DNA of 64,000 nucleotides from Raja brachyura. Its lineage: Eukaryota. Each line of letters starts with the position of its first letter. The first letter of the stretch is position 1. The position numbers were made by a program, and so were the translations under genes. This document shows, piece by piece, positions 51,903 through 62,475 of the stretch. The DNA is taken from the NCBI GenBank assembly GCA_963514005.1, contig OY740783.1, positions 73,284,001 to 73,348,000 on the forward strand, given 5' to 3'. The notes under the pieces were generated by a model. It did not search any database. It had not been told where the DNA came from and saw only the letters and a list, made by a program, of their open reading frames with translations.

Positions 51903-52115
51903 TCATTAAAATGTAATCCTTTATTTTCTTAATGTTCCAAATAGTTCTTTATTTACATTCTGTAGTTCTTTGTGATCTTGAACACTTCCATTGAACCCCT
52001 TGAAGGATCTACTTAGCTTTCTCCCAGGCAGATCAGTGAAGCATCACATAAACTGTGATGTTTATCCTTCTAGCTCTACCAGAGCCATTAATGTTGATAC
52101 ACCTGATTTCCCTAA

Positions 52116-53369
52116 TATAGATGGTTTATGCATGCAACCAATAATATAGCTACCTCAGTACCAATAACCCCATCAATCATAACGCTTTCCCCTCCCTGGG
52201 TATAGTTCATTAGAAGAATGTAACCAGTGCTTGCTGACGTGTGTTATACCCTGTGCCATACACTTCAAGAGTGTGTGAATCGCTTATTTACATGGTGTCA
52301 GAAGTGGGATTCAAACCCACGCCTCCAAGCTTACTAATCTGGCCCGAGTACCCACAGAGCAACGGCCTTGCTGAACGGGCTGTCCGCAGCACCAAGCTTC
52401 TGATGGAACAGGCGAGACTGTCTAACTCCGATTTGTATTTGGATCTCCTGAAGCTCAGGAACGTTTCCAGGGATGCGGCCATGGGGTCCCCTGCTCAGCG
52501 TTTGATGTCCAGAACAACCAGACCTACCATCCCGATTGTTCAGCGCCAGCTGCAACCTCGGGTGCTGGAGCCTGCCTCCGTGCAGAGACGCATTCAAGAG
52601 AAACATGACAGCCAGCGGCGTTCCCATGATCAGTCGTGCAAACCACTCGATCCTCTGTTGCCTGTACAGGTTGTTCGGTTGCAAACTGCCAGTGGCTACT
52701 CCCGTCTGGCCACCGTAGTTCGGGTGGCCGATTCACCGCGTTCGTACCTGGTCGACTTTGAAGGAACTATTTACCGAAGAAGCCGACAACACCTGCTTGC
52801 CATGAATGAGCCGAAGCCGCAGCCTCTGGACCCCTATGCCCCGCCACTCTCGTACCAACAGCCGGCTGCCGTCCCAGCTTGTGTTCCCTGCATGCCTCGA
52901 TCCCCATCTCGCGCGCCCTGTTCCCCTCTGCACGGGTCACCTGTTGCCGGTCGCGGTTCTGACTCTCCTGCTTCTCCCACCCCACCGCCCTTCTCTGGTT
53001 CCCCGGCTGTTTCGCGGCCTCCTGTTTCTTCTGATCTTTCGGGGGAAGGGGGAGACATCTGTACGCGCTCGGGCCGGATTAGTAAGCCACCTGTTCGTTA
53101 TGGCGATTTTGTTTAATTATGTTGTCATGACTTCTGATCTGTTTTGATTTTCTAAGGGGAAGGATGTAGATGGTTTATGCATGCAACCAATAATATAGCT
53201 ACCTCAGTACCAATAACCCCGCCGTAGTTAACATCAATCATAACGCTTTCCCCTCCATGGGTACAGTTCAACAGAAGAATGTAACCAGTGCTTGCTGACG
53301 TGTGTTATACCCTGTGCCATCATTAAAGGATGCTATACACTTCAAGAGTGTGTGAATCACTTATTTACA
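52116..53369 (+). mobile_element. Internally deleted Gypsy/Ty3 LTR retrotransposon
   Basis: 5' LTR 52116-52292, 3' LTR 53165-53369 (TG...CA), TSD CCTAA (52111-52115 / 53370-53374), tRNA-Leu PBS from 52293, PPT AAGGGGAAGGA 53154-53164. Confidence 0.95.
52292..53116 (+). pseudogene. Gypsy integrase C-terminal remnant ORF
   Basis: YPQSNGLAERAV (catalytic E region), SPAQRLMSR, RSYLV...YRRSRQHL, terminal TRSGRISKPPVRY; lacks gag, RT, RNase H and the two catalytic aspartates. Confidence 0.88.
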
Positions 53370-53389
53370 CCTAACATAATTGACTTAGT

Positions 53390-54030
53390 GATAGGAAGCG
53401 GAGATTGATGGTGAAAGGTTGTTTTTCGGGTCTGTTGGTATGTCTGAGGGCACATTGTTGTTTGTCATTTATATCAATGATTTGGATGAGAATTTACAAG
53501 GCATGGTTAGTCTGCTTGCAGATGACACTAAAATAGGTGATATCAAGGACAGTAAAGAAGGTTATCGAGAATTTCAACAGAATCTTGATCAGATAGGCTG
53601 AGGAATAGCAAATAGAGTTAAGTGCAACGTATTTCACTTTGGGAAGTTAAACCAGAGTGGGACTTTCACAGTGAACCATAGAGCTCTGGAAACGTTGTAG
53701 AACAAGGGGACCTAGGTGTGGAAGCACATACGGGTTCGGCAGCATCTCAAGAGAACATGTATTGGTGACACTTCAGGTCTGGACTCTTCTTCAGACATGA
53801 AGAACGTCCCAACCTGAAGCGTCACCTATCTATGTTCTCAAGAAATGCTGCCTGACCTGCTGAGTTATGCCAGCTCTTTTTTTGTAAACCTGCATCTGCA
53901 TTTCCTTGCGTGTACACATACATATTTCCCTCAAAGCGGTGTCACGGGTGACAAGGTGATGAAGCAAACTTTTGGCACACGTGCCTTCATCAGTCAGGGA
54001 ATTAGGTATAGAAGTTGGGACGTTATGTTA
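53390..54030 (+). mobile_element. Degenerate CR1 RT fragment interrupted by an inverted Penelope-terminus pair (53732-53915)
   Basis: [12 protein letters not shown]...LADDTKIG; the fold-back insert has decayed hammerhead-like motifs. Confidence 0.75.
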
Positions 54031-55697
54031 CAGAGGGTTTGCTTCTCCTTTCTTGATGTACACCAGGGGATAGGAAAATGAAGAAAAGACCCAAATGTTG
54101 CACAGAGACCTGTAGCTATTTTGTATCAAAAGGTTGGCACATGCAGTGCCTGTAACAATCAGTTATGAAACTTGGCCACGCTTCCTAACAAATAAGCTGT
54201 AATGCTGACGAAGGCTGATGAGCGACTCAGAGGACCATCAAACCATAGATTGGACGCTGGGCTGCTTTGTTATCTGTCAGCAGTTTTGTGTCTGAAACTA
54301 GGGTATCCTTTCTTTTCATCTTCGTTTGTCTCTTCTTGGTAACTGGCATGTTCAACTTTCTGAAAAACACATGTGAGTTTTGATGCACTTTAAGGCTTTT
54401 CTAAAACATTTGAAATTTGGGTCTCCTATTATGAAACTTGCAGGGGCTATCGTCCTCTCCTTTTAATCCTGACTTGTAATAGTCTTACATGACTATTTGG
54501 CACGTAAATATGTTAATGAACTAATAATGTAAAAACTGCCCACCTCAATTTAATCTGCTTGGGTGCATTTACTTTAAATCTCCAGCCATAGTTACAATTT
54601 AGATGCATTCTGATTCTGTATGAGCCTAATAGTGCACTCGGAGCAAACACCCAAAAGTGAACCAGATGCATAATCCGTCATTGTATTCAAACAGGTTAAA
54701 AAAAAATCAAATTATCTTTGTCATTGTTTTCAAGTGTGTTCTTCTTACAAGAGGCTTTCATCTTGCAAGTAATTAAACTTAATAAGGAAAAGGCATATAG
54801 GCAAAAGCACACAATTTGAATTGGTTAATTGGTTAAGTCCACAAATAGCTCTTGATCCAGTGAAAGCATTTGTACTATTTTACTATCACAATGCACCAGA
54901 TCAGTAAAATAGAATTCACAAACTTGCAAAAGAATAACAAAAAAATAAAATGAAGACAATTGAAGAGTACCAGCAAACTAGTTGCCTTTTAAAATGTACT
55001 GAAAATGTTGCTAAACCACTAATTATTCACTTACTTAGACTATTCTTGGTTGAATTAAGTCTTTAACCAACCAGGTGTTCTAAAACACTCAACTAGTAGG
55101 TTTTGACAATATTTATCCCCTAAGATGTACCATATGCCTATTAGATTAGATCTGATACAGTTTAACCAACAGCATAAAATTGTTTCCTCTGTATTTATAT
55201 TTAATAAAATCCACTAACAAGTCCTGCAATTTTTGGGATATATGCTACAAAGATATTTTTAGACAGATATATTTTTGAAGCCTTCCCAATTATATTGATC
55301 TGATGTGGTTCATGAAAAAGTACAGTGCAAGTCAAAACACTGACTTAAATCATACAACTTTCCAGGAATTTCCCTGAAAATGCTCTTGGTTTATGGTATT
55401 AGCATTATGCCATTGTTTAATATGTCAGTTTAAGAGGGTCAGAGTCTTGAAAGAATGAGGGTGGGAACAAAAAAAATCATATTTATTTCGTATCTTTCAA
55501 AAAATTGCACAGCATTGTTAGCTAACAGTCCTTTAGAAATAGTGTGCCTGTTGTAGAAAATATGGTAATTAAAATTGTGCACAATACTTTCCCACAAATA
55601 GTAACGTGAAAATGACCAAATTGTGGGTGTTATTCCTAATAGTGAGTGACACGGGGCATCAATCACATTCATCCACCAGACAAAGAAGAGTAAATAT

Positions 55698-55785
55698 AGG
55701 CACAAAGCGCTGGAGTAACTCAGCGGGTCAGGCATCATCTCTGGAGAAAAAGGATGGGTGACGTTTTGGGTCGTAACCCTTCTAA
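55698..55785 (-). mobile_element. Penelope terminal fragment
   Basis: GCTGGAGTAACTCAGCGGGTCAGGCATCATCTCTGGAG...GGGTGACGTTT. Confidence 0.75.
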
Positions 55786-56473
55786 AAGTGTTTGGCTTAA
55801 TATCTAATCCATGAAACTGCACCAGTAATGGAGCAGGCTTGTGCTTTTCTGGAGCATTTTTGTGATCAAGTTTGGGAAGCAGCACTTGAACCCTGAACCT
55901 TAGTTGGGTGATGTAAATTGTGCAGCAATTTACAGCTCTTCCCTTCCACTCCCATCCCCCCCCCCCCCCCCCCTGTCCACCCCCTGCCCTTTCCATTCCC
56001 CCTCCACCAATATGAGTACTCTTTTAAACTCTTAATTTTTTATCAACGAAAGGATGTGTTTTCAGGATTTGAATGGGACATTTTAGTATTCTGGATTATG
56101 ACCCTTCATCAGGTTGCAGGTACAAACTAGTAATTCAGATTTTGCTCTGCTGTTGGGAAATTCATTGCACAAAGTATGTTTAATGCATAGTTTGGGCTGG
56201 ATAGACTGTCATTAAAGTGTGCTGGTGAATATTGTGTGGAATTATTTAAGGCTCAGTTAGATGATGTAAGTTGGAAATGTAGGAGGGGGAGAGAATGGTT
56301 GGTAGAGTTAAACTGAACGGTATTTTCTGAACCAATGATGGATTCTATGCCTTAGGTATCTGTAATATTGTGATCAAAACTTGCATAGTGTATGCAGCAG
56401 CATACGTTGATACACTTAGAAATGTCGAATGGTTAATTGGGATCCAAATGTTCAAAATGCATTGAATACCGTG

Positions 56474-56665
56474 GACACAAAGTGCTGGAGTAACTGAAAG
56501 GGTCAGGCAGCCTCTGTGGGAAAAAAAGGATGGGTGATGTTTCGGGTCAGAAATAACGTCACCCATCCTTTTTCTCCAGAGATGCTGCCTGACTCGCAGA
56601 GTTACTCGAGCACTTTGTGTCTATCTTCGGTATAAACCAGCATCTGCATTTCCTTCCTACACATT
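56474..56665. repeat. Fold-back (hairpin) element made of two Penelope termini
   Basis: ~65-bp imperfect inverted arms 56474-56540 and 56555-56621 with a short spacer. Confidence 0.85.
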
Positions 56666-56851
56666 TAATCCAGGAAGGTGTTCAAACTCTGCGCTACTTA
56701 AACAGCTCGATTATTGCATGTAATATTTATTAAGATTGGTATATATAGTTCAAGCATTGGGGAATTTTGTAATGTTTATGTGCGCTATCCAGGCTAATTT
56801 GTTGATATTTTGCAGAATACTACAATTAGCACCCCAGTCTGTCTGCAGTAT

Positions 56852-56992
56852 TAGAAAGATAGCAATTAGGTGCAGGAGTAGGCCATTCGGCCCTTCGAGC
56901 CTGCACCGCCATTCAGTATGATCATTGCTGATCATCCAACTCAGTATCCCGTACCTGCCTTCTCTCCATACCCTCTGATAACCTTAGCCACA
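56852..56992 (-). mobile_element. Very short CR1 subfamily A 3' end in the DMRT1 upstream region
   Basis: Near-identical to 2612-2757. Confidence 0.9.
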
Positions 56993-57149
56993 TGGGTGCT
57001 ATAACTACAATCCTTTTAATCGTTGTCATTTCAATCATTCATTTTGCAAATATTTCATGGAACATCCTTCCACGCCAGTCTGCAGTTTGCAGCTCTTTAA
57101 AACACATGCGATCTCATGGGTAGTACAGGGTTTAGTAGAAGCAGCCTTC

Positions 57150-57960
57150 ACACCCTTCCCGCTCCTCCCTCTGAGCCCAGCTGAGTGACGCGTGGGGCTG
57201 GGACGGTGGGAGCGCGGGAGCCAGGGTTGTGGGGCAGCCAATGGTGCGGGCGAGCGACCCGGAGCACGTGAGGCCGATCCCGGGGCGCTGAAGGTTGCAA
57301 AAAAAAAGCCGCCAATTTTCTGCTCGACGCCTCAGTGCGGCTGCAGGGAGGGACCGCGCTGGAGACAGGCAGCCCGGCCTCCCAGCAACAACCCCAAACT
57401 TTGTTACAACCCGCCGTCGACAAGTAGCAAATCTGTAAAGTAAGCAAGCAATTGATTACAATAACCAAAAGCCGCACCGAAAAAAAGTCGAAATACCTGC
57501 ATCTTTGTCGGGAAGATGCCAAACGGAGCTGGGTCCAAGTCTTCAGCGGCGGCTGCGGCCGGAGTGGGCGACGGCGAGTCTATTCTCAACGCCAGCAGCA
57601 ACAATGTCAACGGCAGCTACTCCAAAGCGCTAAACTCGGGCACGGTGTCGCCGGCATCGAAAAAGTCGCCTCGCCTGCCCAAGTGTGCCCGGTGCAGGAA
57701 TCACGGCTACGTGTCGGCCCTGAAGGGGCACAAGAGGTTCTGCATGTGGAGAGAGTGCCAGTGCAAGAAATGCAACTTGATCGCAGAGAGACAGCGAGTT
57801 ATGGCAGCGCAGGTAATTGCGGCGGTGGCGTGGGTCGGAGGCAGCGGTGGAGGGGCTCTGGCCCCCGGGCAGGAATGGGGACCTGCCGCAAATGCACATT
57901 ATTCCAATTCCGCAGGCGAGAAATGTCAGCGTTAGGCAAGACATCTGCCTGCACCCCGAG
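57150..57960 (+). promoter_or_regulatory. DMRT1: DMRT1 CpG-island promoter / exon 1 region
   Basis: GC- and CpG-rich block in an AT-rich background; TGACGCGT 57186-57193, CCAAT 57238-57242, CACGTG 57265-57270; no TATA box. Confidence 0.8.
57516..57812 (+). CDS. DMRT1: DMRT1 coding exon 1 (DM DNA-binding domain)
   Basis: MPN start; [52 protein letters not shown]; GTAATT donor at 57813, the DMRT1-type intron position; lies directly downstream of KANK1. Confidence 0.97.
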
Positions 57961-59046
57961 TCTGTTGACGGTACGATTCTTGTCGCAAGTGTAATCAAAG
58001 TGCATCGGTGGAAATCCAATCGTTGCTTCCTTTCCTTCCTAATTATTCCTACGATGGGATAATTTCATAAATCTCGGTTATACAAAATTCTAAATAAATC
58101 GTGCATCTAAAATAACTCGCGCTTCCGATCAACTTAATTGATAGAAAACGATTGAAAAATCATTTTCGCTTTGATATAATATTTGAAGTTTGCGAGACGT
58201 TTAATTGTTCGTAACTGCCACTGAAATATTCGAAGCGAGCGTTTTCGTACGCATTTAAATTGATATTCTCAAATACAGTTATAGCATTTAATGCATTCGA
58301 ATTCAAATGACTTAATGCAACAAATAGATCTGCACACGATTGGTGTTTCATAAAAATCCTTACGATGGAGCTGAACACATCACTTCCACGTTTTAAATTT
58401 AAATGTTATAAATGAAATGCTGTTATATTTATATCCGGTCCTGGAAAAAAAATCTGCGATTCCTGGATACTGTATTGGAACGCCGTGTGAATTTCAGCGT
58501 AACTTGAAATGCATCTTTTGAATTGAATGCAAATTTGTGTTTACAAACATATACTGGAATGTCAGGATTTGTGAACTTAGTTTAATACGAATAGGAAACC
58601 AAATTACTTTGGGATTGTATATGTGAAGATGGAAACTGCATAGCCATATTTGCAGTTTTGCAACTGTCACCAAAATAAACGTATTTTCCATTGTGCCTAC
58701 TTTGTTTTAATCCCTATTATTGATTGTGTAGTATTAGATGGGACGATATATTCGTATATTCTGGTATATTCATCATTAATCAATCTTTCATGAGTGCTTC
58801 AGAGAAAAAAACTGAACGTTGAATATTTGTTGCGGTGAAATTAGTTTGTCCAAAGCGAAACATATTAATTTATTTAAAGTCGTTGTTTACAGACCCTGAA
58901 TTTAATTTAAAATACAACCATTTGCAAGTGGAACTAATAGATAAGATCGACACAGTTTCAGTCACGGGCCAAAACAGTATATTTTCAAGCCCGTGATCAG
59001 ACGTGCTTTCTTTCGCCGGAGATGAACTGGCTGTTTTCATTTCTAG

Positions 59047-59355
<309 letters not shown>

Positions 59356-60789
59356 TAAGAGACTTTCCTGCACTATTGTCCTTTAATTCTGCTTTAAAAT
59401 GCAAAAAAAAAGGTTGAACAAAAGGCAAAAAAGATCAATGCAGGTTGATATCTTGAACCAAGTTACAATTAAAAATTGAAAATGAAAAACTATGTAAGAT
59501 ATTAGTTTTATATGTTTACTTTGGAAATTCTAATAAATATTATTAAGGCTGGTGTTTTTACAGGAATTCCAACCAGAACACTTGATATGGGTATTTTCTT
59601 TAGCTCATCGTAAATATGTTGGAATTATTATTCACTTTTACACATTTCCTATATTTCGAGAAAATTATATTTTCTAAATGATTTGTAAAAACCGAAACTA
59701 CTAATATTTTAATTGGGAAAAATGGCAGCAACCCCTCTCTTCTATTGGGAGTGTTGGAATCGCTCAGTGCTTTGTTGGAAGATTGATGGAACCATTGGTC
59801 CTATCACAAAAGTACCGATTTCCAACTTTCTAAAATAAGTAACGTAACCCACTTATTTTGAGATCCTTTAAATAACACGTGGCAACATTTAAATATGTAC
59901 AATCGAATGCTGCGACAGGAATATTTTTCTGATGTCTCACTGGTCATTTTAGGAATATATTCAGAAATATGCTTATTTTATTAGACTGGAGGATAGTTCA
60001 ATAATTGCAACTGTAGACACTTCAATATTTCTAATGTTTGTTATATCATTGAGCTAAGATGCTCTTGATACTGTAAAATAAAATGCTGCTGGAAACTAAC
60101 ATTGTTCACATCTGATATTTATGGGGATTTTATGAAAAAATTTATTCATCTGAAATGGGTTCCAGACAGATGGGCAGTTAGGTTATTTCCTTTCGGTTAA
60201 TTTCCTGCAGTTGCCTAGACAAGTTCTCTGTTAATAAGGGCAGTAGCTTCTAACTAATTTACATAGTAATGCTACTTTAAAACTAAGATTATTCCAACAG
60301 TAACATTGCCAAAGTGTTGAATGAATGCCCAGCCCCAATTACTTGTAATTACGCTTGCTATAATTGCAACGTGAACACTGCTTGCAGTAGTGTTATAGTT
60401 GTAATAGAAATGGAACCATTGATCCTTGGGAATCAAATGACTTTCTGACATTCTTTTATTCAGAGTTTAGTTTTAAAAATGGGAGAGTGATATTCATTTT
60501 TTTTTCTCCGGATGTCTTAGTTTTCTTTAGTTATGCAGCAGATAGTAGGCAGCAAAACTGTGCCCTGATTTCAACCATCATCCTTATTATTGGTATACAA
60601 GAGGCTGTGGATGCTGGGGTCATGAGTAAATAACTCAGTCATTATGACGAGAGTGACTCTGCGGATGTGGCAGAATCTGGAGGGAAATAGACAGGCGACA
60701 TCTCGGAACAGGACCCCTCTTCAAGTCCGTCTGGCCCACAGTGTCCATCCAACGGGTTGTTTTTAGCTCATTATTTTTTATCCTGTTAT

Positions 60790-61200
60790 GCAAATTGGAT
60801 TCTGGATCTTGTCATGGTAGGTTTTCCCCAGGAAGAGATATTAAGCAGTCTAATTAGAAGAATTAGAGGTGATACATATTGTTGAAACATGCAAAATCTT
60901 CAAGATAGAGTAGATGCAGGGATGAAGTCTTCCCAGTTTAGAGTACCTGGAACCAAATGTCACAGGTTGGATGCCCATTTGGGACTTGAGTAACAACATT
61001 TTTCTTCACCTGGAGGCTAATGGCTCTTTGGAGCAATCAAACCAGGGGGTCAGTGGAAGTTCTATTGCTCAGTTTATTCAAGATGGACATCAATAGTTTT
61101 TTTAGATGTTGAATAAATGATGGTAGACGAGGTTAGTACAGCAAAGTAATGCTGAGTTTCGAGATCATTCATGGTCTTGCTATGTCATGGGGCAGATGTG
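60790..61200 (+). mobile_element. Ancient CR1 3' remnant in DMRT1 intron 2
   Basis: Weak similarity (AGAAGAATTAGAGGTGAT...TTTCTTCACCTGGAGG). Confidence 0.5.
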
Positions 61201-61740
61201 AATCGTTTATTCCTTCAATATCTTAGTATGTTCTAATTTATCGCTTGAGGAGTGACCTAGCGAGAATTTTGTTCATATAGCAAGATGGCTGAAGTTTGAA
61301 ACTTGTTAGTATAGTAGCTTGAAGAAGCACTCTGTTGTAGTTTTGATCTTGGTCTTGTATTTGAGGCAAAGTTTAGTAATTTGAAATGGTATCCTTATTA
61401 CCAGTCAATTTAAGAACAGTGGGAAAGAATGGAATATTTCTTGGAATATATATTGATTTACTGATCAGTATTTTATTTTATATTAATGCTTTTTCAGGTT
61501 GTTCAGGTCCCTCAATATGATTATTTCCTGGTTATCAGTATTCATTATTCTCGGCTTAGTTAAACTTGACCTCCAAGTTCAGCAGATTCAGACGTGTTGT
61601 TTAGCATTCCAGTTTATCTGATCGGATTATTAGCCCTAAAAGCTTAATGGAGAACAATGTTTTTGAGATGATTTTAAAAATAATTTCTTGATACTAGTTC
61701 ATTTCTCAGCGTTTACTTTTTCATCAGTGTTTGACCCTAA

Positions 61741-62475
61741 TGGGCCTGTCCCACTTAGGCGACTTTTTAGGCAACTGCAGGAGACTACGCAGTCGTCACA
61801 TGGTCGCCACATGTTCGCAGGTGGTTGCTGGGGAGTCGCCTTCATGGTCATGTTCATGAGTTCCCGCATTCTGGGGAATGGTCGCCGTGTTGAAAAATTA
61901 GCGGCAACTAGAATGAAGCCGCCATGGAGAGTAGCGAGAATTCTTGAGCCGTAGGTGGGTCGCCATGAAGTCCTATTGGGTTGCCAGGCGATCGAAGGTT
62001 CTCGGAGGTTGTAGCCAGTGCTGACCGATGAATTTCATTGGCTCATTGGGGAAAAAAAGGTAAGCAGTAGTTTTCAGAACCAAGGATAACTGACCGATGT
62101 TAAATGTCTGCCGAGCTTCACAGCCATGTATCTCTGACTTGAAAGTTGTGTCCACTCCTTCCCGCCCTCCTCTTTTAAGGGACTTACCGTACACTGTGCT
62201 TTAGCTGTCTTTTTGCAGTGCCAACCTTCCTGTTCATCGCGGTGTGTGTCTGTTTCACCTTGGCTTTGCACTGTGTGAATTTTTTAGACAGCGCTCCCCC
62301 CCGCTTATCCTGTCCCCCCACCTGCATAACGGGCTGGTGAAGGAAGCAATGTGTTTGTGTGTATGTGTGTTCCACTCTGACAGTCACCGTTCCAGTTGCT
62401 GTTTTTTCAGGCGACTGCCGGTAACTTGATAGTCGCGGCAGTCCGCGGAAAAATCGCCTAAGTGGGACAGGCCCA
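61741..62475. mobile_element. Non-autonomous PIF/Harbinger-type DNA transposon in DMRT1 intron 2
   Basis: 27-bp TIRs TGGGCCTGTCCCACTTAGGCGA(C/T)TTTT and 3-bp TAA TSD (61738-61740, 62476-62478). Confidence 0.9.

Noticed and set aside
52293-52327. tRNA-Leu gene on the minus strand
   Set aside because: Only the 3' 35 nt are present, including the post-transcriptional CCA, directly abutting an LTR; it is a PBS-derived copy
57813-57935. Extension of the 139-aa DMRT1 ORF (VIAAVAWV...) as real coding sequence
   Set aside because: Read-through into intron 1 past a canonical GT donor; exon 2 supplies the conserved VALRRQQ continuation, and there is no evidence for intron retention
57035-58062. Multiple antisense and alternate-frame ORFs around DMRT1 exon 1
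   Set aside because: GC-rich CpG-island artefacts, mostly with non-ATG starts
60090-60110. AACATTGTT as a DMRT1 autoregulatory site in intron 2
   Set aside because: ACAATGT/ACATTGT cores occur many times in this AT-rich window (for example ~441, ~16970, ~61654), so it cannot be singled out without conservation data
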